From: Octopus vulgaris
Taxonomy: Eukaryota
Assembly (NCBI GenBank): GCA_951406725.2
Contig: OX597836.1
Span: 24,056,001-24,120,000, forward strand
Reading direction: 5' to 3'
Length of the DNA stretch: 64,000 nucleotides
Position numbers and translations under genes: made by a program. The notes beneath the pieces were generated by a model. That model searched no databases, had not been told where the DNA came from, and was given only the letters and a program-made list of their open reading frames with translations. Numbering within the stretch: position 1 is the stretch's first letter; each line of letters begins with the position of its first letter. Below are positions 24,556 to 39,930 of the stretch, one piece after another.

Positions 24556-26262
24556 TGTACCATGTGAAATAATACATTTATGATTGTAAAAATGTTAGAA
24601 AAAAAATGTTCTGCTTTTCTGAAGATGGCATGCATTTTATTCTGAATATACACTGTCCAGAACCGTTTAAATATTTCAAATATATTTCATTTTTTCATTT
24701 CATATCGTTTATTTATATATTTATATATTTATTTATTTATTTGACTAGACGAAATAGTAGAAATCAATATCTGTCTGGTTGAAATAAAGAAAATCAATAT
24801 AAACAGAAATATTAATGAAAGAGAGCAGTGAAGTAAAGTTACAATTAAGTGTCAGTCGAGTTAGGCACATTGACTGGTTATATGGCTGGTTGAGAAAACA
24901 CAATATGAATGCGTTTGAACAGCAGCCATGAAAATGACAGCAAAACATGAAGGGAAATGGATAGACCAATATGTTAGAGATGGGAGAGATGAGAGAGATG
25001 CTTAATTGTATAAAGCGAGATCGCCAGCGGAAAGAGCTTTTGTTTGCGATCCATTATTTTATATTAGCTATTCAAATTCACTACCAATAAGCGAGTACAA
25101 CATCCCATAATCAATTTAATTTGAAACTTAGGAATTGTTAGTTGTTAGAAGTCCTTGCGTTGTGTTGGCTTGAGTGATTTGTAACTAGCAGACTCAATAA
25201 AAGGCAATAATTTTTACATGAGCACAAAGCACACGATTCACAGTACAAGGAAACGAGATTTTCTGACATTCATTCATTTTCCAATGATATTAGTGACGAA
25301 TGAAATATATGCTGTTAAAAAGCGGAACTCGGTCTTTTACTTCTCGCGCCTGTCAAAATTATAATAAACCATGAAAAACTCTTTTGCAGGAAAGAAATAT
25401 AGCAAATGAATTCACTTCACTACATCGTTGATATTGATATTTATTTCATCGAAAGATGAATGGCAAAGTCACAAGATTTGCTTCTTACTGCGCACTATTC
25501 ACCAGAATGTTATTCGTAATAGTGATTAAACAGATCCAATTATTGTATTTTTATTAACTGTATAACATCGACGAAGATAGGACCGTGTATCCACTTCTTC
25601 CAATTTCCTAGAAAAAACGTACCATTGAAGTATGAGGACTTTTGGAGTAAGAAGTGCTTTTATCTTCTTTCGTAACAGAATACGAGGAGGCCAGATAAGT
25701 TATCTGCTACAAATACGAGTATTTGATGAAGAGTATTGTAGACGATTGATATCTATTCGGTCAAAATGAAATAAAAATAAACTTATTCCACTAGTATTTC
25801 AATTCAGATTATAAAGAATTAGAGCCAAAAATAAATAGTATGACACTTTATCATTTGCTTAATAGTAACATTCCGGATCTGGGATAAATTCTCAACAAAT
25901 GCAAGCATATGGACAAATTTGTTTCGGCGAATTGGAGTACACTACCCTCTCCGAATTGAGCAGCTATCTCACAAACTTTGGACCCCTCTCTATTAAACTA
26001 TGCTACAACATCAAGTTTAATTATGACATCTACAGTCGAAGGGAGCACAACTCTAATTTTCTTTGTTTCCTTTCATTTTTCAGTTTTTATTCACTCTTTG
26101 TTTTCTCATTTCAATTTTTGCATCAACTTTCTCTTCGTTTTCCGTCGTGGTTTCTTATGTACCAGCGCCCTGATCTTCAAACAGTACAAAACATCTGCCT
26201 AGAGCCTGCTTGTAAACACAAGACACGTTATAAAATTTTGCCTAAACACGTCTCAATGGCAA

Positions 26263-26308
<46 letters not shown>

Positions 26309-26350
26309 TGAGTTATACGTTCTTGTCCATGTTGTATTTTTCTACATACC

Positions 26351-26413
<63 letters not shown>

Positions 26414-26805
26414 CTGGATCTTGATCTATCTCACTTCAGACAACAGGTGGATGGGTTTAACCACCTTACTAGTGAGCAAAAGATTTCATGTAATCGCTTA
26501 GCAATTGAGTGTGGTAAATCCTATTAATTAGTACTATAAACATAATTATTGAAAATCATTATAATTAGTTTAAATCTTATTGTATCTTCGCCCTTTCTCT
26601 GACCAAAACTTATTGGTGTATTCCGCTATTATCTTTTTATTATTTTTTATCCATCTTATACCCCCGTAGAATGATTAACCCACCAAATACTATTTTAAGT
26701 TTAGTCATTTACCTAACGTCCCAAAGAAACAAACAAAGTGGTATGATTATAACCATATTCAACTTCTTTTTCTTCTCTAGGGTCTTCTTTTTTTATTTAT
26801 TCTTC

Positions 26806-26893
26806 ACTCAGATGAAGATCCATGTTACAGATCGGTTTTATTATTAAATATGATAAATACCATACAATATTGGAGGCAGAAACAGCTATTAGT
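26806..26893 (+). ncRNA. Decayed hammerhead motif in PLE-like terminal fragment
   Basis: ACT-CAGATGA..TCCATGTT..AATATTGGA..GAAACAGCTATT-AGT; same GAAACAGCT type as 5435 and 6382, followed by AATAAA. Confidence 0.4.
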
Positions 26894-27147
26894 TGGGATG
26901 CAGTCTATTTGTATTGAATTAATAAATAATAATTAATGTAAGCCAATTGTTGTTCATCAATATTTTTCCATTTTCTGTTTTCTTTAAATTTTGATTCTTG
27001 ATAAACCCATGTTTATCCTTGTCTTTACCTATAGTTTATGAGCATAATATGTTTGCATATGTATGCCCATGGTTAAACATAAGTAATATACCAGTATTAT
27101 AATGGATACTTTTGTCCCATAGACGGTTATTTTACCTTTAACTCAGC

Positions 27148-27232
<85 letters not shown>

Positions 27233-27400
27233 CATATATATATTTATACATACATACATACATACATATACATATATATACATATATATATACATATATA
27301 TACATGTATATATATACATATATATATACATACATACATAACTACATACATACATACATACATACATACATACATACATACATACATACCTATATATATA

Positions 27401-27786
27401 TAAAGTAAGGAGTAAAAGAGTCAAAAGGAAGAGTAAGTACGGGTAGGCAGCATTTTAATGATCACTACAAATGTTTCGATACATATAGATCTACTTATAC
27501 ATACAGGATTAAAATTAAAAGTAAATTAAATTAGGCAATTATTTGCCTGTATAATAAAATCCATACGTATCTCCTCGGGCGATATTTAATCGCTGTCTCC
27601 ACAAGTAAATTTTGACTTCAATGCTATTACGTCCATGGCTCCTTTGAAACTAACAAACCTAATTTCATTTAATTTCAATTTCAATTTAAAGCCTGTATAT
27701 ATATGTATTGAAATATTGGTAGTGATCATTAAAAACCTGCCTAACCGTACTTATTTTTCCGTTTGACTCTTTTGCTTTTTACTTTT
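27401..27786. mobile_element. PLE-like foldback (inverted arms about 27401-27535 / 27658-27786)
   Basis: Arms are imperfect reverse complements and contain a hammerhead motif. Confidence 0.7.
27461..27583 (-). ncRNA. Type I hammerhead motif with U4C core change
   Basis: Minus strand reads AUCGC-CCGAGGA-GAUACGUAUGGAU...AUCUAUAUGUAUC-GAAACAUUUGU-A-GUGAU: 5-bp stem I and 13-bp stem II, counting G-U pairs. Confidence 0.65.
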
Positions 27787-27925
27787 TATTTTCACACACG
27801 TGGAATACCTAAGACTAGAATTGGTAGCATACCATAATAATATTACCGGCTATTTGGGAATTCTAAGGGTGAATGAGCTCTATTTGTACACTCATACGTT
27901 CTTAAGGGAACACACCTCAAGTGAC

Positions 27926-27978
<53 letters not shown>

Positions 27979-27980
<2 letters not shown>

Positions 27981-28200
27981 TTAATAAAAAAATGGACAAG
28001 AAAAAACAACAACGTGAGGACGTTGTACATGCAAAGTATTAATAAAACGCTCAAGGGAGGAAGGAAAGGGTGTTTTACGTTTCGAGCAAAACTCATCAGA
28101 ACCAGGAGACAGAAAAGTCCAAAATAATAGGAAGGCGGAGAAAAACTCACTAACAATCCACATATAGTTACATAACCCCAACATGACCGTAGCTTTAAAG
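27979..28200 (-). mobile_element. PLE-like terminal repeat fragment with shortened hammerhead (28072-28103)
   Basis: Minus strand reads GUU-CUGAU-GAG-UUUUG-CUC-GAA-ACGU-A-AAAC. Related fragments at about 41155-41232 and 49152-49245. Confidence 0.5.
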
Positions 28201-28275
28201 CTGCGGTCATTGATTTTTGTCGATTTATAAACAATTTAACATTAGAAGGAGGAATAAGTCAATACTTTTTGTAGA

Positions 28276-28650
28276 GTAGGCCTCGCTGTGTGGTAAGAAA
28301 TTTGCTTCCCAAATGCAGGGTGCCGGGTTCAGTCTCACTGCATGGCACCTTAGGCAAGTATCTTCTAATATAGCCTAAGATCAATCAAGACCTTGTGAGT
28401 GGATTTCGTTGAGGGAAATTAAAAAGCACCCGTCGTATATATATACGTGTGTGCTTTTGTGCTTGTCCCACCAATGCTTGTCAACCCTTGTTGGTTTGTT
28501 TACGTCTCCGTAACTTAGCAGTTCGCAAAAGAGACGGATAGAATAATTACCGAGTTTAAGAAAATACTTACTGGAATCGAGTCGATTAAAATTCTTCAAG
28601 ATGGTGCCCCAGCATGGTCGCAGTCTAATGACAGAAACAAGTGAAAGAAA
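28276..28650 (+). mobile_element. SINE family B, diverged copy
   Basis: Colinear with 34352-34785. Confidence 0.85.
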
Positions 28651-28657
28651 GATATAT

Positions 28658-28748
<91 letters not shown>

Positions 28749-28756
28749 TATATATA

Positions 28757-28831
<75 letters not shown>

Positions 28832-29007
28832 TACATATAAATCAAATATAGGTCAGAAAGAACACAACAAACGGAAACCAACAAAACTCAACATGCGGAA
28901 GGGCAGACGATAGCATGACAAACGGCAAACAGGACAAAACCATCATACACAAATCATTCGCAGCCGATTTCCTCATCAGGCCGGAAAGTCCTTGTCGTTT
29001 CGTCCAA

Positions 29008-29049
<42 letters not shown>

Positions 29050-29623
29050 TGGCACACGCATATATTGATTTAAATACTCATTTTTTGGTCCCTTTTTTAA
29101 TCACATTCTCCCTTCATTTTGCTGCGCTGCCTTTTCTTACAAAGTCATTTACTAAACCTTTTACCTTTCGGTCAATTGACCTTTGTAAAAAGTTTATAAA
29201 TTTACTTTTCTGTTTTCTTTTCTTTATTATAGCTTCACATTTTGTAAGTTTCTGTAATGCTAGACAGATCTTTGTTTTCTATTTGTTGTTATTATGGACG
29301 AAAGAAGACTATTAAATCTATTACTTTTAACCAAAACGTAACTTATCGTTTTATTCAACTACATTTTACTTGTTTATTATACTTTTTGCGGCAACAGTTA
29401 ATCACATTCTCAAACTGATTCCATTCATTCAAGAAATATCACAACCAATCGAATCAACTCTAAATGTTCATTTGCTTGTCTATCAGCCAATTTCTATTAC
29501 GGTGTCTAAATGACATTTATTATTCCAAAATTTCACTTCTGTCAAATGATCAGTTAAAGGAAACTCTGAAGATTGAAACTCTGAAATGTGTGAAAATCTA
29601 CACCTTCCATAATATACTCTCTT

Positions 29624-29704
<81 letters not shown>

Positions 29705-29722
29705 ATGCACACACACACACAT

Positions 29723-30103
29723 CTTACTCTTTCATTTTATTACTCGTTTCAGTCATTTGACTGCGGCCATGTTGGAGCACTACCTTGAAGGGTTTTAGTC
29801 GAACAAATTGACCCCAGGATCTATTTTGTAAGACTAGTATTATTCTACCGTCTATTTTGCCGAACCGGAGACATAAACTCAGCAACACCGGTTGTCAAGC
29901 GGTGATGAGAGGACAAACGCAAACACATACATACATACATACATACATACATACATACATACATACATACATACATACATACATACATACATACATACAT
30001 ACATACATACATTCATACATACATAAATACATACATGCATGCATGCATGCATGCATGCATGCATGCATGCATACATACATACATACATACATACATACAT
30101 ACA

Positions 30104-30139
<36 letters not shown>

Positions 30140-30250
30140 TATATATGCGACAGGCTTCTTTTAGTTAGTCTGCCCGATGCAATGCAGTGGGACTGAATCC
30201 GGAACCATGTGGATAGGAAGCAAGTATCTTGTCACACAGTCATTCCTATG
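29723..30250 (-). mobile_element. SINE family B with expanded internal (CATA)n
   Basis: Tail 29723-29925, microsatellite to about 30145, partially deleted head to 30250. Confidence 0.85.
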
Positions 30251-30270
30251 CCTTTATTTATATATATAAT

Positions 30271-31385
30271 GGGCTCTCCCGTCGGTTTCCACGTATGACG
30301 ATCCGACAACTTACTCTTTCTTTGTCAGTCATAATGCTTATGCCGAATGCGATATTTAAGTCCCGCAAACGATTTGCAAAGAAGGTAACAGATACTGCAA
30401 GATCAGTGCAGGTATATTTGCAGACGCTTTTCTCATTTGCATTGCACCCCTTTTAATGCTGGTTGCAACAACGTTTCTTATACCATTTTGACACAACGGC
30501 CTCCATTTTCTTTGTTCCAAGGCTGTTCGCTCAAAGATGTTGCAAACTATCTTCATTTTTTAAGATGTTACTCTTCAGTTTTTCCTTATATCTGAGCCAT
30601 GGTGGACCAGCATTCCTGTGCATATTCCCAAGCTGGTTGTACATAAGGACTTTGGGTATTCTTTTGTCACTCATTCTGACGACGTGGCCTGCCCAACGCA
30701 ATTGTGATTGCATAAAGAAGCTCTCAATTCCACCAATCTTACACTTGCTTAACAGGTCAGGATTAGTGAATAACCGCAGATTGTCCTCAAATAGCCCTTG
30801 TGGTAGATGTCTAGTTGGTTAATGTTTCGTCTATAGGGTATCCACAATTCTCAGCCATACAAGAGAGTAGTAAGAATGGCAGCTTTATAGACCTGTACTT
30901 TGGTGTCAAGTTTGATGTCCCTTTCAATCCATAGGCGATGGCGGAGCTTGCTAAATGCGTTGGTTGTTTTTTGCAAAATGACTGGCTATTTAATCATCAA
31001 GGGAAGCGCTCGAATTCACTTTACTACCAAGATATGTAAATGACTTCACATAATGCAGGTTTTTCTGTATAGGTGTGTCAGGAAAATTGTGAACTGTTAG
31101 CCTCTGCTTGACACCTCAGATTTGTTTTGGTGTAGGGAAAGGTTGGTGGATTACTTCCGTCTTGCTGATGGTCAAACCAAAGGCTTTACATTCAACAGAA
31201 AACCAGTGTAGAAGTTCCTGAGCTTCCTCTAAAGAGGTCGCTGCTACTGCAGCATCATCTACAAAAAGTAGATTACGAATGATACCGGTGCGTAGAAGTG
31301 TTCTGGCTTTGAAATACTGATGATTGAATAGTTCACCTCTTGTTCGAAACTGAAATTTGACACCACTTTGTATGTCGCCAAAACC
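30271..31385 (-). mobile_element. RTE-clade LINE, RT C-terminal half and 3' end
   Basis: IRNLLFVDDAAVAA..FGLTISKTEV..SFTYLGS..YKAAILTTLLYG*ELW..QSQLRWAGHVVRMSDKRIPKVLMYNQL. Confidence 0.9.
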
Positions 31386-31395
31386 TCATACATAC

Positions 31396-31593
31396 ATAAG
31401 CAAATAAAGACAGATCGATACATAAACTATATTGAATACGTGAAATACAAAATATTCTTTCTTCTAGCCTTTTAATTTTCTATATCACTTGTACTCTGTG
31501 TAAGTTGGACCTTTTTATATGTATAGATATATGCATATTTTGTATTTCATGTATTTCATGTACTTTATATATTGATCTGTTTAATTTATTTAT
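31396..31593. repeat. Imperfect inverted repeat (about 60-bp arms)
   Basis: ACAGATCGATACATAAA..GAAATACAAAATAT vs ATATTTTGTATTTC..TTTATATATTGATCTGT. Confidence 0.75.
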
Positions 31594-31711
31594 CCCCACA
31601 TTTGTTTCTATACCCGCTCAAGTTTGAATATTTTGAGCACTACAAAGTGTATTCTATACTGAGAACATCTGGATCTCATCTATGAACTATATATATATAT
31701 ATATATATATA

Positions 31712-31940
31712 TTTCTTTATTACCCACAAGGGGCTAAACATAGAGGAGACAAACAAGGACAGACAAACGGATAAAGTCGATTATATCGACCCCAGTGCGT
31801 AACTGGTACTTAATTTATCAATCCCGAAAGGATGAAAGGCAAAGTCAACCTCAGCGGAATTTGAACTCAGAACGTAGCGACGGGTGAAATACCGCGAAGC
31901 GCTTCGCCCGGCGTGCTAACGTCTCTGCCAGCTCGCCGCT
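31712..31940 (-). mobile_element. SINE family A, full length
   Basis: Colinear with 9572-9802. Confidence 0.92.
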
Positions 31941-32104
31941 TTACCAGGATAAGTAATGTGTTCAGTTTGATCAACTAATAACTCCGGTAGGTGGTGTCTT
32001 ACCACAGCTGCAGACCAATGAGGAAATCAGTAATAGAATAAAGGAATAATTTATGTGTGTACATATATGTGTGTGTGTATGTATGTATATATATATATAT
32101 GTAC

Positions 32105-32278
32105 ACGTTAACGGAAGAAAAGTAGGACAAAAACGGCTTTATCGATCGCATTCACACCTGGAATCGACTTTTGTAATTTCTTCACGCCCTGATACCGTCG
32201 GTATCAAATTTGAGCGCAATCGGATGGAGGATGCCCGAGATCCGAGAAGACACACACACACAGACAGACAGACAGAAC
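32105..32278 (-). mobile_element. Probable non-autonomous Helitron/DINE-like fragment
   Basis: Minus strand GTCTGTCTGTCTGT..ATCCGATTGCGCTCAAATTTGATAC, a layout typical of Helitron-derived repeats. Confidence 0.35.
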
Positions 32279-32686
32279 ATGTGTGTGAGTGTTTGTGTGC
32301 AAAGCAAATAAATAGAATTCAGGATATGGAAATATATTTTGGATTATATTTTAAATCGGAAGTTACAAAGTTATTCAAGGGCCGATATTTTTGTGCATAA
32401 CTCATTGTAGAAAACGTGAATCACTTTGTAAATGTTGCTGATTAATACGCGCACACATAGACACACATACGCACGCACAGACACGCACGCACACTCACAC
32501 ACATGCACACATATACACACACGCATACACACACAATTCTACGTATACTATTGTAATAAACCTTGAGCAATCGTTCAGTTTAATTTAAAATCGATTTTGT
32601 ATATAACTTGACATACAAGCAACGATTAATACATACATCCATAGCTTTATAAATATATATATATACACTTACACACACACACACGC

Positions 32687-32734
<48 letters not shown>

Positions 32735-32974
32735 GTGTGTGTGTCTGTGTGTGCAGGGGGGTCTGTGTGTGTGTGAGTGTGTGTATGCGCGCGTGTGTGT
32801 ATGTATTATTTAAACTGTCCGACCAACGTGAAAGTAATGGGGTCGACTTCTTCAACTAAAACCCTTTAAGGGTGGTGCTCCAGCATGACCGCAGTAAAAT
32901 GACTGAAACAAGTAAACGAATAAAAGAATATACATATATTTATTTGCATGCATAAAAAATATACGCTAATATTT

Positions 32975-33030
<56 letters not shown>

Positions 33031-33034
<4 letters not shown>

Positions 33035-33195
33035 AGGAATGGGAGTGTAAAGTAGTTTGCTCACCAACCACATGGTTCCTCGGTGTTCAGTCCCACTGTG
33101 TGACATCTTGGGCAAGTCTCTTCTACTATAGCCCCGGGCCGACCAAAGCCTTGTGAGTGGATCTGGTAGACGGAAACTGAAAGAAGCCCGTCGTA
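33031..33195 (+). mobile_element. SINE family B head
   Basis: Matches 59903-60065; a separate tail fragment lies at about 32815-32930. Confidence 0.85.
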
Positions 33196-33315
33196 TTTAT
33201 ATATATACATATATATATATGTATGTATGTATGTATGTATATATATATATATATACATGTATATATATAAGTGTATATGTACATGTATACGTATATATAT
33301 ATATACACATATATG

Positions 33316-33365
<50 letters not shown>

Positions 33366-33693
33366 CATGTGTCTATATGTGTAAATGTGTCTGTACGTAT
33401 ACTTGTGTGAGTGAAAGTGTATGCGTGTGTGAATGCATGTGTGTGTATGTGTGTATGTGAGAGTGAGAGAGAGTATGTGTGTATGTGTGTGTGTGAGAGT
33501 GAGAGAGAGAGTATGTGTGTGTGCGAGCGTGTGCCAGTGTGTGATCACGCACGATCGTGTAGTTTGGAATTTTGTGTCGCAACCACGTAGTTTCGCGTTT
33601 TATAGCAAGCGCTGTGTAACGCTTTGGTCAAGTCTCGTCTGTTATATCCTCAGAATGGTCAATGCCTTGTGAGTGAATATGAATGTCTGATAA

Positions 33694-33871
<178 letters not shown>

Positions 33872-34351
33872 TATATGTGTGTATATATATATATATATAT
33901 GAAGAGAGAGATAGAGAGGGGGGGAGATACATACATACATGCATATGGATAGGCATATATAGTAAGAGGTGCATATATATATTTACATTTATGTGTGTGG
34001 TAAATGTAAGACGGAAGATGGAAGAGGGAAGATGAGAATTCTTATTAATCACGACAATTGTTTCGACACTTCTAGCATCGATCCCTCACGGGTGGGACAC
34101 TTATCAACTGCATGTATGCGAGCATGTTCTTGTGGGTGTGTATATGTACGTATTTGGTTGCATCAGCACGTGGGCATGTGTGTGTTTCTGAGTTTATCAT
34201 GTAACTTACTGTTGGACAGACGGTGTTGTTTTGTTTATATCCTCGCACATCATATTTCTATAACAGTAGAAACCGTTCCTACAAAGAAGCAATATTACCT
34301 ATTGAACTCATTTTGTAGTGAACTCTTCTGTCTTTGACATGATATTCCGAA

Positions 34352-34785
34352 GGCGCAGGAGTGGCTGTGTGGTAAATAGCTTGTTTACCAACCACATGGT
34401 TCCGGGTTCAGTCTCACTGACCTTGGGCAAGGGTCTTCTACTATAGCCTCGGGCCCACCAAAGCCTTGTGAGTGGATTTGGTGGACGGAAACTAAAAGAA
34501 GCCCATCGTATATATGTATATATATTTATATTTATATATATGTATATATATGTGTGCGTGCATGTTTGTGTTTGTCCCCCTAGCATTGCTTGACAACCGA
34601 TGCTGGTGTGTTTATGTCCCCGTCACTTAGCGGTTCGGCAAAAGGGACCGATAGAATAAGTACTGGGCTTACAAAAGAATAAGTCCTGGGGTCGAGTTGC
34701 TCGATTAAAAGCGGTGCTCCAGCATGGCCGCAGTCAAATGACTGAAACAAGTAAAAGAGTAAAGAGTAAAGAGTAAAGAGTAAAG
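34352..34785 (+). mobile_element. SINE family B, full length
   Basis: GGCGCAGGAGTGGCTGTGTGGT head through GGTGCTCCAGCATGGCCGCAGTCAAATGACTGAAAC and a (GAGTAAA)n tail. Confidence 0.93.
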
Positions 34786-35899
34786 AAAGCGACTTGGTGG
34801 CAATCTCGCGTCGGAATTTCTGGATGGTAATGCTGTGGAATATGAATAACACACACTCTTGTTTCGCCACCGTTATTATTCTGATTAATTCATTTACATT
34901 TCTTCAATCACAGTTATGCATTCGAATCTAGCATTTGTCATCTATATTTTTTTGTCAGTTCGCGCAATAATTTGATGTTTGGTAGAACGTATATTACTGA
35001 TATTTATTTTAACAATATTTTCACGAAAGACGTGACGGCTTCAGCATAGGACGAAGAGACACACAATCAAATGATGCTATACTTTTCGTTTGGTGCCTAT
35101 TTCTGTATTTCATTTCCATATGTCAACTATACAACTGAATCCTATCACTTGAAACGGTTTGTGCCCTTGCTAGAATGTCATGAATATAATACTACCACTC
35201 TTAAATGTGAGTTTTCTCCCTTACACCTTTGAGGGTTTATTTGATAAATTTTTATGTTAATACAGCATACCCTCCAGTCATTCGGATTCATAATAGTCGA
35301 CTATCCATTTCCAAAATATCTGAACTAATATTTAGGATGTCCGACAAATCTCAAAGCTAGGATGTTATGTTTCTCATCTGATATATAAATTTGCTAATGT
35401 ATTTCATTTGTTTTAATCCCTTTTTAAACGCATTTGAAACGAAACAGCTAAACGCGAAAATGAGGCAAAATATTAATGATGTTCTACCGATAGCTTCTAT
35501 GAAGTGACCAAGGTAAACCTCAGCTTCATCCAGTGAAATGTGTACAAGTATTATACTGATTTACTACACGCATCTAATTTCTCACGTACAAAATTCACCC
35601 TGTGACTGAATTTAGTGAACTGGAACGTTTAACGTTGGCGTGAAGCGTCTAAAACTTTACAAATGATGATTTTCTCGTCACCAACTAAAATACATATGAA
35701 CCTAATAAAACAAAAAGAAATCACTAATATGTTGCCGATGATGTTCTTAATTAACGATTCATACACAGTAAAATTGTTCATTCAAAGCATTTTTTTATTT
35801 ATCAGCAAAATTATTTCAAGAAAGGTTTCTTTCCTAAACGCTACAAAAAAAGTGCTAAAGGAATATTCACTCTCAAGCTCTCAGATAAAATATTTTAAA

Positions 35900-35969
<70 letters not shown>

Positions 35970-36102
35970 CTATCTATCTAGCTATATATTTCTCTCTCTC
36001 CCACTCTGACTTATTCTCAATTTCTCATATTCTTGTATATACACGCACACACGCATATTACATATATATATATATATACATATATGCACGTGCACACATA
36101 TG

Positions 36103-36148
<46 letters not shown>

Positions 36149-36800
36149 TGTGCGTGTGTGTGTGTGTAGGTAGGGAGGTAGGTAAGTAGGTACTCATGTA
36201 TGCTTACATACACAGACACACACACACATATGCACATGCACGCACACACATCTTTTATTAAGAGCAGCAATACAATCTTCATTATTGGAGTTGGACAGTA
36301 ATATTTTATAAAACATTATACCACGAATATATATATATAAATATATATATAATGAAAAATTGAATTATATATCCATTTTGATACCACGGAAATATATAAA
36401 CAGCCAGTTTGTAAAATTTATTACATTTTGCAAATAACATTTGCGATAAAACTCAGAAAAACTAACAAGAATAAACATAAGAAGGGAAGTGTCATTTATG
36501 ACGAATAATTATATATATAAAAAAAAAACCCCAAAATGAAATGAACTTGCGACCCATACTTTGAGAAATGAATGAAACACATGTCTTATGACAGAAAATT
36601 CCTAACAAATTGTACTATGAGTTAATCCGGCGTCAAATGTAAAAAAAATGAGAAGAAAAAAAAAGAAGAGGTTCTGTGTTTATGTCATAATGACATTTAC
36701 GAAACCCCTTATAACGATATGCAATCGATAGCATGATCTACACAGGAAATCAATATCAATATGACAGTAAAACATATATGAATAGTATCTAGACATGCAT

Positions 36801-37302
<502 letters not shown>

Positions 37303-37446
37303 ACTCGGGTGTGCGGATGTTTTTACACAATTATTCACGTATGAATGTATATTTTCGGTTCTAGCAATGTGTCTTTGTCAGCATACATATATGCATGCAT
37401 GCTTACATACATACATACATATACACACCCGTACATAATGTATAAC

Positions 37447-37534
<88 letters not shown>

Positions 37535-37642
37535 CAGATATATATCAATATATATTCTATGGGTACATACATGAACAAACACAGTATAGAACAGACAGAT
37601 GTACATGTGTGTGCTTGTATGATAGTCAGGAAAAGAGGAAGA

Positions 37643-37776
<134 letters not shown>

Positions 37777-37849
37777 CATATATTTACATATATATGTACA
37801 TATATATATATATATATACATATATACATACAATTATATATGTGTTTAC

Positions 37850-37898
<49 letters not shown>

Positions 37899-38528
37899 AT
37901 GTGAGACAGAGCGACAGAAACAGATAATCACCACAGATAGAGGCAATTCATTGCCATTCACTAGGAAAATGTGAATGAGTAAAATCACCAAGATTAATTC
38001 ATTTCTAATTGATGACCTCACCTCACTTAATAGTCAAAACACGATAAGTGTAGGGAATATAATTATAAAAGTTATTATAGAGAAAATGAAAAGAAATTAA
38101 AGAAAAAATACACACGCACTCACTCAAACACATACACTTACTCACACACGAGCACATTCACACATACACGTTGTCCTGTCATACATCATATAGAGGATAA
38201 AAACATTTTGCAATAAAATGGCTGTGGAATGTGGCTTTTATAAAAGAGGAAATATAAAGAAATTTGTTTTTCTAAAGTATTCGATAAAAAAATTCTTTCA
38301 GTGTGTACTCAGTTTGATAATGCCATGCGATATATTTTTGCAGATAAAATCAACCGACATATCTAATATCAAAATATTATCAAAGATCTAATGAATTGCT
38401 TCGCTGACTCCAATAACAGATAATGTTAATGAATTGGCTGCACGTTCGCTTTGCCTGAATGAACAAGCGTTTTGGAATGTTTAATGCAAAATGACTAGCA
38501 ATATTGCTATATGTGTGAGTGTGTGTGT

Positions 38529-38573
<45 letters not shown>

Positions 38574-38596
38574 TGTGTGTGTACGTACGTATGTAA

Positions 38597-38643
<47 letters not shown>

Positions 38644-38683
38644 TGTATATATACATGCATACACACGTGTGTGTGTATGTAAG

Positions 38684-38727
<44 letters not shown>

Positions 38728-38803
38728 GTGCGTGACACACATGTAGCCATGTGTGTCACGCGCGTCCACGACAATGAATTGCCGCTATTCATATGTGTGT
38801 CCG

Positions 38804-38958
<155 letters not shown>

Positions 38959-39885
38959 GTCTGTCTGTCTGTCTGTTGGTGTATCTGTCCATCTGTCAGT
39001 CTGTCCATCTGTCAGTTTGTCTATCTGTCAGTCTATCAGTCCGTATATATGAAAATATGTCTTATATGAATGTATATATGTGGAAATATTTAGTTGTATG
39101 TATGGAATGTGTGATTGTGTGTGTATGTGTATGTATGTGTGTCTGTGTGCGCGCGTGTGCATGTGTATGTGTATATGCGTGCGTGTGTGCATCCATGAGT
39201 ACCTCCATGTGTGTGTGTGTTTGTAGGTGTGTGTGTGTGTTTGTGTAGATTTGTATGTGTAAGGTCAAAGATCGCATAATCCGAGACTGGCTATTGGTAA
39301 TCACGCAAATGAGAGTTTGACTTGTACATGCTCACACCATCCATCGCTGTGATCATGAATAAGCCTGCGTGGTGAAGCGGCTGATTGTTACTTTCCTGCA
39401 GAATGTCAAGTATCATGTGTGTATACACACTTCAGCATGACTGTCTTGTTGTCATTCTGCAGTGTGTATACATGTGTGCTCGCATGTGATTGTCTACGTA
39501 TGATTATATATCTGTATGTCTACAAGTGTATTCATATGTACATGCCCATGTATATTTGTGTGTATGTTAAGTCACATGGGACCAAATCCGCTGGCTTGAG
39601 ACCTGGAACATTTGTAGCCTCCAACATCTTCGCTCATATGTCAGACTCAGCAAAATAGAAGTTTTGCATTAGCTTTAAATAAACGAGGTGGAATCTACAA
39701 TTGAGGAGGAGAAATCACGCCGAAACACCGTCTCTATCAGTTGTCTGATGTCATTTGAAGTTTGGCTCAATGTGTTTTTACACGCTAAGTCAATAGGAAA
39801 GAATATTTTGGCTAGACAAAATCTTTTCATGTTCTACTGTGCAGGAGGAACAGGCTAAAAGTAAATGTAAATTTATATATTATGT

Positions 39886-39921
<36 letters not shown>

Positions 39922-39930
39922 TATATATAT

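Noticed and set aside
28960-29010. GAAAC followed by CTGATGA on the minus strand (type II hammerhead order)
   Set aside because: Required stems do not pair.
34352-34425. tRNA genes at SINE heads
   Set aside because: A and B boxes are present but there is no complete cloverleaf; they continue into SINE bodies.
39701-39735. TTGAGGA-GGAG..CGCC-GAAACACCGTC
   Set aside because: Core and stems too degenerate; possibly a dead hammerhead but not supportable.
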